Of a DNA stretch of 64,000 nt, positions 53,306 through 64,000 are shown in pieces. The notes under the pieces are model-generated. The model did no database searches. It saw nothing but the letters and a program-made list of their open reading frames with translations, and had not been told where the DNA came from. The first letter of the stretch is position 1. Every line of letters starts with the position of its first letter. Source of the DNA: an uncultured delta proteobacterium (lineage in GTDB: Bacteria > Myxococcota_A > Polyangia > Haliangiales > Haliangiaceae). Location: positions 2,801,341-2,865,340 of the forward strand of contig CAVYYE010000003.1 of NCBI GenBank assembly GCA_963772655.1. Direction: 5' to 3'. Position numbers and translations under genes: made by a program.

Positions 53306-53992
53306 GACCCCTCCTCGTAACTGCGGCGTTGTTGTGGAAACAGAATGGATCGGGCGTCTGATCTCGAGACAAAGCTCCCCTGTCGGCAGACGTCCATCCG
53401 GATTGCCTAACTGCCGATTCGTTCAGGGAAAATCTGTTTCTAGGTCAGTGCCCTTGCTGAGCTCGATGACGACTTGGATGGCGAAACGGAAAGGACCTGT
53501 ATCAGGTGCCTATGACTGCGCGGGTCGAAGAACCGAGCCCGAGAGCTGGACTGCCTCGAACGGACAGCATCCAGCGGCGACCAGGCCGCCAAACAGCGGC
53601 CTAACGGTGACCAGGCCGCGGTACAGCGGCCAACGGCTAAGTGCGGGCGACGGCGTGTGATCCAAGCTGGGCATCGCGACGGAGTTCCCTTTTAACGAGG
53701 CCGAAATAAGAGGGCAAGAAAAAGAGGCGCTAGATTTAGTGGCTCATCTTCCGATGGGTCCTACACATAGTGTGGTCACGGGTGAGATATCCACGTGGAC
53801 AGGTTGTGAATTGCCAGTGAATTGAGGTGAGGGACGACAGGGTTTCCAGCGCGATTCCGAAGTGTTGATAGATGCTGTGGATAAGGCTGTGAGTCTCTGA
53901 AAAAGCGTGAATTGACGCGGCGAGTCTTCGCGAGATCTCGCCCCCAAAAAAATTTGCGCTCAGTTCCGGATTGAGGTGGAAAGAAGATTTTC

Positions 53993-54012
53993 GGGGCCGA
54001 TCTCTCGGCCCC
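53993..54012 (+). other. Stable hairpin (8-bp GC stem GGGGCCGA/TCGGCCCC, loop TCTC) followed by GATTTGTC, in the divergent intergenic region
   Basis: Perfect inverted repeat read directly from the sequence. Could be a weak terminator or a 5'-UTR structure for the 54088 gene. Confidence 0.4.
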
Positions 54013-54087
54013 GATTTGTCACGGTGCTGCCGCCGTTTCGAGGAGATCGTGACTTCGTCAAACCAGGACGTTTACTCTCGTTTCTCG

Positions 54088-55242
54088 ATGCGGGTGCTGG
54101 TCCTGTTGTTCGTTCTCGCGGGGTGCCGCCAGCTCCTCGGGTTCGACGAGCCGGTGCCACTCGCGGGAGATGGTCCGTCTGCCGATTCTCCGGCCGACGC
54201 CACGCCCGATGGGGACGACGGTCCGACGAGCGATGCGTGTACGAGCTTCTCGTCGGTGATCGACACCTGCGTCGCCACGCCGAGCGACCCGCTCGAGATC
54301 GACGTCCCGACCACCTACGACACCGACACCGGCCAGCTGCTCTCCAACCAGGGCTCGTCGATGCCACAGCACGTGGTGTTCTCGACGGACACCGGCACGA
54401 TCGACGCGGTGTTCGCGACCTCGATCTCGATCGGCCCGACGGCGGCGCTGACGGTCACCGGCTCGCGGCCCGTCGCCCTGGTCGCGACCGGGACGATCAC
54501 GGTCGAAGGCACGATCGATCTCGACGCGGGTGGTGCGGGCGTGCCGTTCTCCGGCTGCAACATCGAGATCGGTGGTGACGGGCAGAACGATACCGGCGGC
54601 GGGGCCGGTGGTGGCGGCGGTGGGTTTCGCGGGGCCGGCGCCGACGGTGGCAACGGCGATCAGGACATGGGTCAGTCGACGCACGGCGCCGGCGGCCAGA
54701 TCGTGGCGCTTCCCGCCGCGCCCCGCGCGGGTTGCGCGGGTGGTCGAGGCGGCAACGGGAACGCCCCCGGTGGAACCGCCGGGGTTGCGGGTGGCGCGAT
54801 CCTGATCGCGTCGGAGTCTTCGGTCTCGGTGTCGGGAACGATCTCCGCGAGCGGTGGCGGCGGCCAAGGCGGCCACGCACCCGATGGCGGTGGGGCCGGC
54901 GGCGGCAGCGGCGGGATGATCGTGATCGAGGCGTCTTCGCTCGTGGTCACGGGCGCGCTCGTCGCCAACGGTGGCGGTGGCGGCGAGGGTGCGGCCAACT
55001 CCAACGGCAATGACGGCGCGACCGGCAACGCCACCGGTGCACCCGGTGGAGCCGGTGGTACATCGCTCGGTGCCGACGGTGGCAAGGGCAGCGGTCCGGT
55101 CGCACTGTTCGGCCAGTCACCGACGTCCGTGCAGGTTGCCGGCGGCGGCGGAGGTGGCGGCGGCGCGGGCTTCATCGGGCTGCGCGCCGGGAACCAGACG
55201 ATCGGCGGCACCGTGTCGCCGCCGTCCGTTCCGTGGCCGTGA
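54088..55242 (+). CDS. Secreted Gly-rich repeat protein (lipoprotein), paralog of 1127..2443
   Basis: Internal Met with MRVLVLLFVLAGC lipobox. GAILIASESSVSVSGTISASGGGG and GGSGGMIVIEASSLVVTGALVANGGGG repeat blocks are homologous to the 1127..2443 protein. Confidence 0.7.
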   Translation: MRVLVLLFVLAGCRQLLGFDEPVPLAGDGPSADSPADATPDGDDGPTSDACTSFSSVIDTCVATPSDPLEIDVPTTYDTDTGQLLSNQGSSMPQHVVFSTDTGTIDAVFATSISIGPTAALTVTGSRPVALVATGTITVEGTIDLDAGGAGVPFSGCNIEIGGDGQNDTGGGAGGGGGGFRGAGADGGNGDQDMGQSTHGAGGQIVALPAAPRAGCAGGRGGNGNAPGGTAGVAGGAILIASESSVSVSGTISASGGGGQGGHAPDGGGAGGGSGGMIVIEASSLVVTGALVANGGGGGEGAANSNGNDGATGNATGAPGGAGGTSLGADGGKGSGPVALFGQSPTSVQVAGGGGGGGGAGFIGLRAGNQTIGGTVSPPSVPWP

Positions 55243-55245
55243 CCG

Positions 55246-57952
55246 CTACATGCGATCGAGCTCGGCCTGCGCACGGGCCCGCGTCGCGGCGCGCGGATGG
55301 TCTCGCGCCGTCTCCTCGAGGTACTCCCTCGCGGGCGGCCCGATGTCCACGCGCAGGAACGTCGCGAGATCCTCGCGATAGTCGCCCGACGCGATGAACG
55401 CGCGGAGCACCGTCTTGATCAGCTCGGGATCGGCCCGGTAGGTCGGGTCGATCGCGAGCACCTCGCGGAACTCCTCGAGGCCGACGGTCCACCAGTCTCG
55501 ATCGAAGTCGATCTTGCCGGCGAGGTAGGCGAGCCGCGCGTCCTTCGGGAACACCTTGCGTGCGGCGCGCACCCGTTCGAGCGCGGCGTCGGTGTTGCCG
55601 GCCGCGAGGAGCTCGGTGATGCGCGCGACCTGATCGTCCACGGCACCACCGCCGTGCGAGGTGTCGCCGCCCGCGACGCCGGCCGACCCGGTTGGCTTCT
55701 CGGGGGTGGGCGTCGACGACTTCGAACCGCGCGTCGCGGTCGCGATGATCGCGATCACGACGATCAACCCGACCGCGACCGCCACGCCGATCTTGAAGTG
55801 GTGGGGCCTGATCACGCGGGGAGGACGCGGACGCAGCTTGCCCTCGGGCTCGGCGACGGCAGAGGCATCGGCCGCATCGAGCGGGGAGGGACCGGTCGGT
55901 GGCGCGCCCCGGAACGCCACCGTTCCCTTCGCGTCGGTGATCGGATTGCCGTCGGCATCGAGCAGGGCTGCCGGGCTCGCCGCCGCCGCCGCCCGCCGCC
56001 GCCGCCGGAGGACGCATCGCGCCGGGTGCCACGCCCGTGCTCGTCGTATCCGACTGCGAGGTCGGAGGGCTCGACTTCGGCGAGCTTGCCGTCGCCACGC
56101 CGCCCGTGACCGCGAGCCCCGCGCTCGTCGCGACGGTCTTCGATCCGGGGGTCGCGTTCGCATCCGCGTTCGCTTCCCCGTTCCCTTCCCCGTTCCCTTC
56201 CGCGTTCGTATCGACGGTGGCGCCGCGATCCGCGTCCGGTACCGTCGCACTCGCATCGACGCCCGCAGCGTTGGACGCTGCCTCCGTGCTTGCAGGATCC
56301 GACGCATCGCGCGCGATCGGTGCGGAGACCTCCCCCGAGCGCTCGAGGATCGGGTTCGCCGCTTCGGGGATCGCCAGCGACATGTCGAAGCCGGGTGCGA
56401 TCCCAGCCGGCCCGGCCGGCCCGGCGGCCGGCGGGCTCGGGATCGCGGTCGATAGATCGAAGCCCGTGGGCAGCCCGCGGCGCGGCTCGCTGGCGGTCGC
56501 GGCGGGCATCACCGGCGCGCTCGGAGTCGCAGCTACCGGTGCACTCGGACTCGCGGCACTCGGCGTGCTCGGCGCACTCGCACTCGGCGCACTCGGACTC
56601 GCGGCACTCGGCGCACTCGGCACCGGCGCACTCGGCGCACTCGGCGCACTCGGCGCACTCGGCACCGGCGCACTGGGCGCACTCGGCACCGGCGCACTCG
56701 GACTCGCGGCACTCGGCTTGGTCGGAGCTCCACCGGCGGGCGTCGGGACGCGCCGGCCATAGGGCGCGGGGATCGCGCGCCCGGTACGGGGCGCGACGAT
56801 CGGCGTACTCGCGACGGGACCCGACGGCGGGATCGGTGCACTCGTGATCGGCGCGGCCGGTGCTGTCACCGGCGCGGACGGCGCGTCGCCCCAACCATCG
56901 TCGACCGACGGCGTGCTCGGGGCGGCGGCTGGAGCCGGCGTGGTCGGCGCGGCAGGCGCCTGCGAGGGAGCGGGTTCCGGCCCGTCGGGGAGTGGATACA
57001 TCGACGAGCGCGCGTCGGCGGGTACCGCCCACCCGGTCTCCGTGGCGGCCACGCTCGGCGGCACCACCGGTGTGTCGATCGGTCGTGATTGGCGCTTGGG
57101 AACGATGTCGAGCGCCGACCCGAACTCGACGGCGGTCGCGTAGCGATCGTCGGCCTGCTTCGCGAGCGCCTTCGCGACGATCGCCTCGAGCGGTCCGAAG
57201 TCGATGCCGGGCTGTCGATCGCGGAGCGCGGGTGGCGCCTGCTTGAGATGCATCGAGCACACCTCGACCGGATCGTCGGCCTCCGAGATGAACGGCTTGG
57301 TGCCGGTCAACAGCTCGAACAGCAGCACGCCGCACGCGTACAGATCGGCGCGATGATCGATCGGCGTGCCGCGGATCTGCTCGGGCGCCATGTACGACGG
57401 CGTACCGACGACGATGCCGGTCGTGAGGTTCGACGTCGAGGTCTCGAAGCGCGCGAGGCCGAAGTCGAGGATCTTGACGTGATCGCCGAGGCCGGCCTTC
57501 TGCGACAGCACGATGTTCGCCGGCTTGATGTCGCGATGGATGATGCCGTGCTCGTGGGCGTGCGCGAGTCCGGACAGCACCTGGCGAACGATCTCGACCG
57601 CGCGCGGCAGGGGAACCGGGCCGCGCGCGATCAGGTCGCGCAGGCTCTCGCCGCTGACGAAGTCCATCACCACGAACGGCTTCTCGTCGTGGATGCCGAC
57701 GTCGACCACGGCCGCGCAGTGCGGGTGCTCGAGCTTGGCCATCGCGATCGCCTCGATCTCGAAGCGCTGGCGCGCGGACATCTCGGACGGAATCTCGTCG
57801 TGGAGCAGCTTGATCGCGACGATGCGTCCGAGCTTGAGCCGCTCGGCGCGATACACGACCCCCATCGCGCCCTCGCCGATCGTTTCGATCACGCGGTAGC
57901 GGCCGTCGAGCACCACCCCGATGAGGTCGCCCGGATCCACGCCATCCACCAT
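55246..57952 (-). CDS. Ser/Thr protein kinase, Pro/Ala/Ser-rich repeats, TM, TPR-like C-terminal domain; frame changes inside a (GGC)n tract near 55975-56010
   Basis: Kinase motifs GEGAMGVV, AIKLL, HRDIKPAN, ILDFGLA, APEQ, then APSAPSAP repeats in one frame. TM (IGVAVAVGLIVVIAIIATA) and helical C-terminus are in the frame of ORF 55246..56307. Confidence 0.7.
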
Positions 57953-57984
57953 ACCTCGTTCCCCCGGTGGGGGTGTGATACGCA

Positions 57985-58848
57985 GTGCACGTGCGCTGGC
58001 TGTGGATCGCGATGCTGCTGGTATGCGCGTGCGACCGGTCGACACCGTCGGACGGGACCGCCGGCAGTGGCGCCGGCCGCGCGCACCGACCCGCGCCCCG
58101 GATCGTCTCGCTGACGCCGAGCGCGACCGAGGTCGTGGCCGCGCTCGACGCGACGCCCGATCTGGTCGGCGTCGACGACTTCTCGCCCTACCCGCCCGAG
58201 GTCAAGAAGCTACCCAAGGTCGGTAGCTTCTTGACGCCGAACCTCGAGGCGATCGTGCGCCTGCGTCCGAGCCTGGTGATCGTCGACGACGTTCACGGCA
58301 GCACGGCGGGCGCGCTGCACGACGCGAACATCCCGACCATCGAGTGCGCGATCCACGCGTTGCCCGATGTCGAGAAGGCGCTGCGCGCGGTGGGCGCGAA
58401 GCTCGGCCGCGCCGAACAGGCCGATCGCGTGGTTCACCGCATCGAGCGCGCGCTCGATCGCGCGGCCGCGCACCGCCCGACGGGCAAGCGACCGCGCGTG
58501 CTCGCGGTGATCGATCGCGAGGCCGGCGGGCTCGGCGGCCTGGTCGCGGCCGGGCCCGGGAGCTGGCTCGACGAGCTGCTCGCGGTGGTCGGCGGCGACA
58601 ACGTGCTCGCGAGCTCGGGGATTCGCTATCCGAAGCTGTCGATGGAAGAGGTCCTGCGCGAGCGCCCCGAGGTGATCCTCGACGTGTCGTACGCGGGGGA
58701 GCAGTCGGGCGCCGGAGCGTGGGATTCGGTCGACGTGCCGGCGGTGCAGGCCAAGCGGGTGCGCGTGCTACCCGAGCAGTACCTACGTGCCCCGTCGCCG
58801 CGCGTCGAGCAGGCCCTCGACGCGCTCGCGAAGGCGATCGCCCCGTAG
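57985..58848 (+). CDS. ABC transporter periplasmic substrate-binding lipoprotein, cobalamin/Fe-siderophore (BtuF/PBP type 8) family
   Basis: Lipobox LLVCAC. RIVSLTPSATEVVAAL...LVGVDD, LKPDLVI-like and VIDRE blocks typical of BtuF-like binding proteins. Confidence 0.75.
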   Translation: MHVRWLWIAMLLVCACDRSTPSDGTAGSGAGRAHRPAPRIVSLTPSATEVVAALDATPDLVGVDDFSPYPPEVKKLPKVGSFLTPNLEAIVRLRPSLVIVDDVHGSTAGALHDANIPTIECAIHALPDVEKALRAVGAKLGRAEQADRVVHRIERALDRAAAHRPTGKRPRVLAVIDREAGGLGGLVAAGPGSWLDELLAVVGGDNVLASSGIRYPKLSMEEVLRERPEVILDVSYAGEQSGAGAWDSVDVPAVQAKRVRVLPEQYLRAPSPRVEQALDALAKAIAP

Positions 58849-58882
58849 CGCCGTCCGCGAATTTCTCCTGGTCAGCACGAGC

Positions 58883-59578
58883 TCAGGGCCGGCCGGCGTC
58901 GGGCTCGACGTAGGCCGGCGTCGCGTCCGACACCAGGGTGTCGAGCGGATGGAGCCGGAACCGATCCATGTAGCGGCGCTGGCCACCGCCCCACGCCGCT
59001 CCGAGCCCGAAGATGATCGTGGTCTCGCGGCCACCCATCGTCGGCCCGGCGCCGACGTCGCGGGCCGCGATCTGCGTGGGGTCGTAGCGCGAGGTCATCA
59101 CCCGCACGAACAGGCGCGACTCCGCGATCAGGTTGGAGAACTCGGCATCGCTGCCACCGCGCAAGCGCAGGCACGCGCCGAAACCGTAGGCGGTGCGCGG
59201 CTCGTCGGCGCCGTCCCACCACGCGCGCTCGACGACACCGTGCAGCTCGATCCCGAGCTCGACGTCGCGAGGCTCGAACAGCGACGACACCATGCGGTCG
59301 TACGCGAGCACGCGCAGGCTGCCACCGAGCGTGGCGTTGATCGGCGAGCCGCCGACCATGTCCCAGCGTCGCGCGCCCTCGGCCGCGATCCCGATGCGTC
59401 CGTACCACCACGCCGCCTCGAGTCCGACGCCGAACAGCTGGGTCGCGTCGGTATCGTCGACGCGCGCGGTGACCATGCTGCCGCCGATCGTCGGCGTGGC
59501 CTCGCCCTCGGCGTGCGCGGCGGATGTCGATCCGAGCACCATCACGACGACGCCCGTGGCGCTCCCGATCGCTCTCAT
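58883..59578 (-). CDS. Hypothetical secreted / outer-membrane beta-barrel-like protein
   Basis: Signal MRAIGSATGVVVMVLGSTSAAHA. Alternating hydrophobic beta-strand pattern with aromatic residues, and C-terminal F. Confidence 0.5.
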   Translation of the reverse strand: MRAIGSATGVVVMVLGSTSAAHAEGEATPTIGGSMVTARVDDTDATQLFGVGLEAAWWYGRIGIAAEGARRWDMVGGSPINATLGGSLRVLAYDRMVSSLFEPRDVELGIELHGVVERAWWDGADEPRTAYGFGACLRLRGGSDAEFSNLIAESRLFVRVMTSRYDPTQIAARDVGAGPTMGGRETTIIFGLGAAWGGGQRRYMDRFRLHPLDTLVSDATPAYVEPDAGRP

Positions 59579-59645
59579 GCGCCCAGTATGGAGACCGCGC
59601 CCGACCCGTACAACACGCAGTTTGACAACCGCGCCTGTCAGGTTG

Positions 59646-60740
59646 TCAGGATGCCGGTGCCAGCTCGGCGAACGGCTCGGGCTCGCGTGTCGCTTCGTCA
59701 CAGCACCGCGCGTGCTCGAGGAGCAGATGGGTGATCGACGAGTCGACCTCGGGATTGTCGTGTGACGGAATCCCCGACGACAGCTCGAAGTAGCCATCGT
59801 TCCAGCCGAGTACGGACATCACGATGTGGCGGGAGTCGGCATCGAGCGCGTTGGACCGCGCGCGGATGATCCGGCCGTCGACCACGTCGATGAACGCGAC
59901 CAGGTGCTCGCGCGTCACCGACAGCTGACCGCTCTTGCGCTCCTGCTCGAACATCGACAGGAGCGACGGCAGGCCGAGCTCGGCGAGCGTGCCGCGCAGG
60001 ATCACGCGATCGACCTCGCGCTGGCTGGCACGTGCCCACCGGCGGGCGCGCAGGATGATCTCGAGCACGGTGAACGGCTTCGCGATCACGTCGGCGGCGC
60101 CGAGTTGCAGGGCCTCGAGCCGGACCAGATCGCTGGCATCGGACGCCATCACCATCACGGGCACGCCGGCCAGCTCGGCGTGGCGTCCCATCTCGCGCAG
60201 CACCTGGACACCGTCGAGCACCGGCATGTCGCGCTCGACGAGCACGACGTCCGGCGCGTGGGTCAAACACGCGCTGATCGCCTCCATGCCGTTGGTCGCG
60301 GTCGCGACCGAGAACCCGGCGAAGTCGAGCGAGGTCGACAGCCGCTCGAGCAGTCGCGGCTGCGGATCGGCGACCACGATCCGGATCTCGCCCGACTCGA
60401 AGGTCGCCGTGTGGCGGAGCAGCAGGCGGCCGATCGCCTCGGCGAACCGTTCGTCGCCGGCACGCACCGGCTCGCGCAACACGATGCCGACACCCGGCGA
60501 GCGCCCGAGCGTGCATGCCTCCGCCTCGCAGAGACGGTGGGTGACCGTGCCCGAGGCGACGTGGCGCTCGCCGTCGAGAGAGATCGCGATCGTGACCGGA
60601 GTGCCGACGGGTAGCGGCGGTGTCAGCCGTACGAACATCCCGTACGGCGACAGATCCTGCGTGACCGCACGAAGCTTCTTACCGCCGGTGATCAACTCGA
60701 CCGGCAGGCTCATCGCGACGCGGTTATTGCGACGGCGCAC
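59646..60740 (-). CDS. PilZ domain - response regulator receiver - DUF4388 protein
   Basis: N-terminal PilZ (LRAVTQDLSPYGMFVRL). REC domain (IVVADPQP...DVVLVERDMPVLDG...). C-terminal DUF4388-like region (ELGLPSLLSMFEQERKSGQL). Confidence 0.8.
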   Translation of the reverse strand: MRRRNNRVAMSLPVELITGGKKLRAVTQDLSPYGMFVRLTPPLPVGTPVTIAISLDGERHVASGTVTHRLCEAEACTLGRSPGVGIVLREPVRAGDERFAEAIGRLLLRHTATFESGEIRIVVADPQPRLLERLSTSLDFAGFSVATATNGMEAISACLTHAPDVVLVERDMPVLDGVQVLREMGRHAELAGVPVMVMASDASDLVRLEALQLGAADVIAKPFTVLEIILRARRWARASQREVDRVILRGTLAELGLPSLLSMFEQERKSGQLSVTREHLVAFIDVVDGRIIRARSNALDADSRHIVMSVLGWNDGYFELSSGIPSHDNPEVDSSITHLLLEHARCCDEATREPEPFAELAPAS

Positions 60741-60875
60741 CAGTGTCTAGGTACATCAGGATTCGTCGCCGGGCCAAAAACCCAACCGGAGCCGGTGCTA
60801 GGCCGCGATTCTTCACGGTTATCGCGACTGGCGGGGGGCCGTGATCGCGCGGCGGATACCGTATGGTAGCCGCCG

Positions 60876-61672
<797 letters not shown>

Positions 61673-61676
<4 letters not shown>

Positions 61677-62722
61677 GCTTCGTCAGCGGCACCGGCAAGC
61701 GGCTGACCGGCAAGCGACTCGCGGTCACGCTCCTGATCTGTCTCGCGATCGCCGCGGCGATCGGGGTGATCGCGCCGTTGTTCGGCGTCACGATGGCGCG
61801 CGGCGGCCGCGCGATCGAGTGGCTCGGTCCGTCGGCGTTCGACCCGAGCTCTCCCGATCACCCGATCCTGTGGATCCGGATCCCGCGCGTGCTCGCATCG
61901 TTCCTGGTCGGCGGCGCGCTCGCGGGCGCCGGGTGCGCACTGCAGGCACTGCTCCGCAACCCGCTGGCCGAGCCGTTCACGCTCGGGATCTCGTCGGGTA
62001 GCTCGCTCGCGGCGGTGCTCGCGATCCGGCTCGGGCTCGAGGGTGGCGGCTTCGGGATCAACTTCGCGGCACTGCTCGGTGCGGTCGCCACGCTGTTCGT
62101 GGTGTGGCGACTCGCGGCGATCGGTCGCCAGTTGCCACCGGCCACGCTCGTGCTCGCCGGCGTCACGGTGTCGATGTGGTGCTCCGCCGCGAGCGTGCTG
62201 ATCCAGTACACGAGCGACTTCTCCGACGTCAGTCACATGCTGCGGTGGATGATGGGCGGGCTCGATTCGATGCGCCTGTCCTCGGTGGGCTATGCCGCCG
62301 GACCGATCCTGTTCGGGATCGTCGTCCTGATCGCGTTCGCGCGCGAGCTCGATGCCCTCGCCGCCGGTCCCGAGGCCGCGGCGTCGGTCGGCGTGGCGGT
62401 GGCGCGCACCCAGGTGATCGTGTTCGCCGTGTCGTCGCTACTCGTCGGGGCGGCGATCGCGCTCGCCGGACCGATCGGCTTCATCGGGTTGATCGTCCCG
62501 CACGCGCTGCGCGCCGTGATCGGTCCCGGCCATCGCGCGCTCCTGCCCGCGAGCGTGCTCGGCGGCGGCGTGCTGCTGGTCCTGTGCGACACCCTCGCGC
62601 GCACCGCGATCGCACCGGCCCAGTTGCCGACCGGCGCGGTCACCGCCGTGCTCGGCGGGCCGCTGTTCGTCTCGATCCTGATCCGCCAGAAACGGCAAGC
62701 GGCGCTGTGGGGGCGGGGCTAG
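61673..62722 (+). CDS. ABC transporter permease, FecCD/BtuC family
   Basis: GTG start overlapping the ATPase stop (GTGA). About 9 TM helices. FecCD signature region GxxxxGPIGFIGLIVPH. Confidence 0.9.
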
Positions 62723-62766
62723 CCGGTTCCGTACCGGCGAGCGCCGATCACCCGAGGGGAGACCGG

Positions 62767-63765
62767 ATGTCATACGGTCTCCCCATGAGCTCCCCGGTGA
62801 TCGACCACGTCGTCGACTCGATCGTGCCGGCGTCGGCCACGCTCGCCGAGGCCGCACGAGCGCGGGTCGCGCATGCCGGCGCGCCGATCCTCGAACACCT
62901 CGCGGCCCGGATCGGCGGGGCGCGCCACGCGCACGAGCTGGAGGTCGAGCGCCGCGTGCTGGTCGTGTGTGCCGGTGATCACGGGGTCGGCGATCCCGGG
63001 ATCTCGCTCGGACCGAGCCACCCGACGATCGTCGCCGCGACCGCGATCGCCGATGGCACCGCCGCGCTCGCCGACGTCGCACGTGCCGGTCGCGCGCGCA
63101 TCGTGCTGGTCGACGCCGGGGTCGCCGAGTCGAACGAGATGCCCCCGGACACGATCGCGTTCGGGTCCCAGCCGTCCCGGGACCTGTTGCACGGACCGGC
63201 GCTCACCCCCGAGGCGGCCGTTCGCGGCGTCGAGGCCGGGATCGCCCTGGCGATCTCGCTGTCCGAGACCGGCCTCGACCTGCTCGCCGTCGGTGCCCTC
63301 GGCGTCGGTAGCGAGCTGGCGGCCGCCGCGATCCTCGGCAGTCACCCGCACGAGCTGAAGATGGCGCGTCTCGACCCCGAGCTGGCAGCCGCCTACAGGG
63401 CCGGGTGGAGCGCTCGCACCGCGACGGGCGATCGCTGGGCACGGCTGGTCGCGTTCGGCGGACCGGAGACCGCGGTGCTGGTGGGCCTCGTGCTCGGCGC
63501 CGCATCGCTCCACGTCCCGGTCGTGCTCGACGGTCATGCCACCGGGGCGGCGGCGGCGATCGCGGTCGAGATCGCGCCAGCAACGGCGGACTACCTGATC
63601 GCGGCACATACCGGCAACGTGGTCCACACGAGGTTGCTCTCGCGGATCGGGCTCGGTCCGATCTTCGGGGTCGGGCTCGGGCATGGCGAGGGGATCGGAG
63701 CGGCGATGGTGTTGCCGCTGGTCGATCAGGTCACGGCACTCGCGAGGACGAGCGGGTCGCGTTAA
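62767..63765 (+). CDS. cobT: Nicotinate-nucleotide--dimethylbenzimidazole phosphoribosyltransferase (CobT)-like
   Basis: VVCAGDHGV...GISLGPSHPT...ALGVGSELAAAAILG matches the DBI_PRT fold motifs. Confidence 0.8.
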   Translation: MSYGLPMSSPVIDHVVDSIVPASATLAEAARARVAHAGAPILEHLAARIGGARHAHELEVERRVLVVCAGDHGVGDPGISLGPSHPTIVAATAIADGTAALADVARAGRARIVLVDAGVAESNEMPPDTIAFGSQPSRDLLHGPALTPEAAVRGVEAGIALAISLSETGLDLLAVGALGVGSELAAAAILGSHPHELKMARLDPELAAAYRAGWSARTATGDRWARLVAFGGPETAVLVGLVLGAASLHVPVVLDGHATGAAAAIAVEIAPATADYLIAAHTGNVVHTRLLSRIGLGPIFGVGLGHGEGIGAAMVLPLVDQVTALARTSGSR

Positions 63766-63776
63766 AACCTAGACGT

Positions 63777-64000
63777 GAGCGAACGCAAGCGTCACACGGG
63801 GACGTTCGAGGTCGAGCGCACGACCGGTTCGCACGAGGTGCTCGACCGGCTGTTCGTCTACGGCACGCTCCGCAGCGGCCAGACGGCGCGCTCGTTGCTC
63901 GCGAACTCGATCGTCAAGACGGAGCCCGCGCGCGCCCGGGGTCGGATCTACGCGTTTCCGATGGGACACCCCGGGTACTCGGACGAGGACCAGACCCAGC
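63777..64000 (+). CDS. Gamma-glutamyl cyclotransferase (AIG2/GGACT)-like protein, 5' fragment running off window
   Basis: LFVYGTLRSGQ motif of the GGCT-like family. GTG start. Confidence 0.5.

Noticed and set aside
53306-53760. Cobalamin riboswitch upstream of nrdJ
   Set aside because: I searched the minus-strand 5' region for a B12-box-like core and conserved stems and found nothing convincing. B12 riboswitches normally control B12-independent isozymes, not nrdJ.
53744-53947. 67-aa minus ORF in the nrdJ upstream region
   Set aside because: Low-complexity translation, no start context, and it lies in a region better explained as regulatory DNA.

Overview
Sequence basis: about 70% GC. The window is densely coding, with five Hanks-type Ser/Thr kinases, OmpA-family proteins carrying thrombospondin-3 Ca-binding repeats, a TIGR02996 'repeat-companion' domain protein and a DUF4388 response regulator. 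This gene content fits a myxobacterial (Myxococcota, Sorangiineae-like) chromosome; that placement is inference from gene content only.

Recognisable housekeeping and core functions:
- minCDE (minus strand)
- adenosylcobalamin-dependent class II ribonucleotide reductase (nrdJ)
- a B12/siderophore-type ABC importer (binding protein, ATPase, permease) with cobT
- leucine dehydrogenase, a PPi-type 6-phosphofructokinase, a cyclophilin (ppiB) and a pyruvate-kinase-like protein
- c-di-GMP proteins: a standalone EAL protein, a GAF plus degenerate GGDEF protein, and a PilZ-REC-DUF4388 protein
- many secreted lipoproteins: M15 peptidase, class C beta-lactamase-family hydrolase, PHB-depolymerase-like esterase, EEP nuclease/phosphatase, HExxH protease, and a lipoprotein with a PPC domain

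Most interesting locus, 38870..43806: a 1550-aa protein with an N-terminal DUF4157 (HExxH) domain, a long helical middle with a central hydrophobic segment, and a C-terminal P-loop domain that resembles zeta-toxin kinases. Its stop codon is coupled through an ATGA overlap to a 96-aa helical ORF that could be an epsilon-like immunity protein or antitoxin. No injection-system genes (eCIS, T6SS) are visible in the window.

Other notable structure:
- 25525..26110: a low-GC island with four evenly spaced copies of the palindrome CGTTATAACG, followed by a frameshifted four-helix-bundle ORF bounded by ~27-bp inverted repeats (a 23S-IVS-like relic).
- A ~37-nt element with 100% nucleotide identity occurs three times (27409..27446, plus a 60-bp tandem duplication at 45781..45900). 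Each copy lies exactly at a gene junction and encodes the leader M/V-TSRAGTQPGGRPR of a downstream lipoprotein, overlapping the upstream stop codon.
- Two pairs of secreted paralogs (19209..20360 with 27443..28657; 1127..2443 with 54088..55242).
- Four apparent frameshifts in repeat or GC-rich tracts: minC linker, a kinase (GGC)n tract, a membrane protein, and the four-helix-bundle ORF.
- A 780-bp lower-GC divergent intergenic region upstream of nrdJ contains an ACAC-ATA-GTGT palindrome, three GTGAATTG repeats and a stable hairpin.

No rRNA, tRNA or CRISPR array was found.
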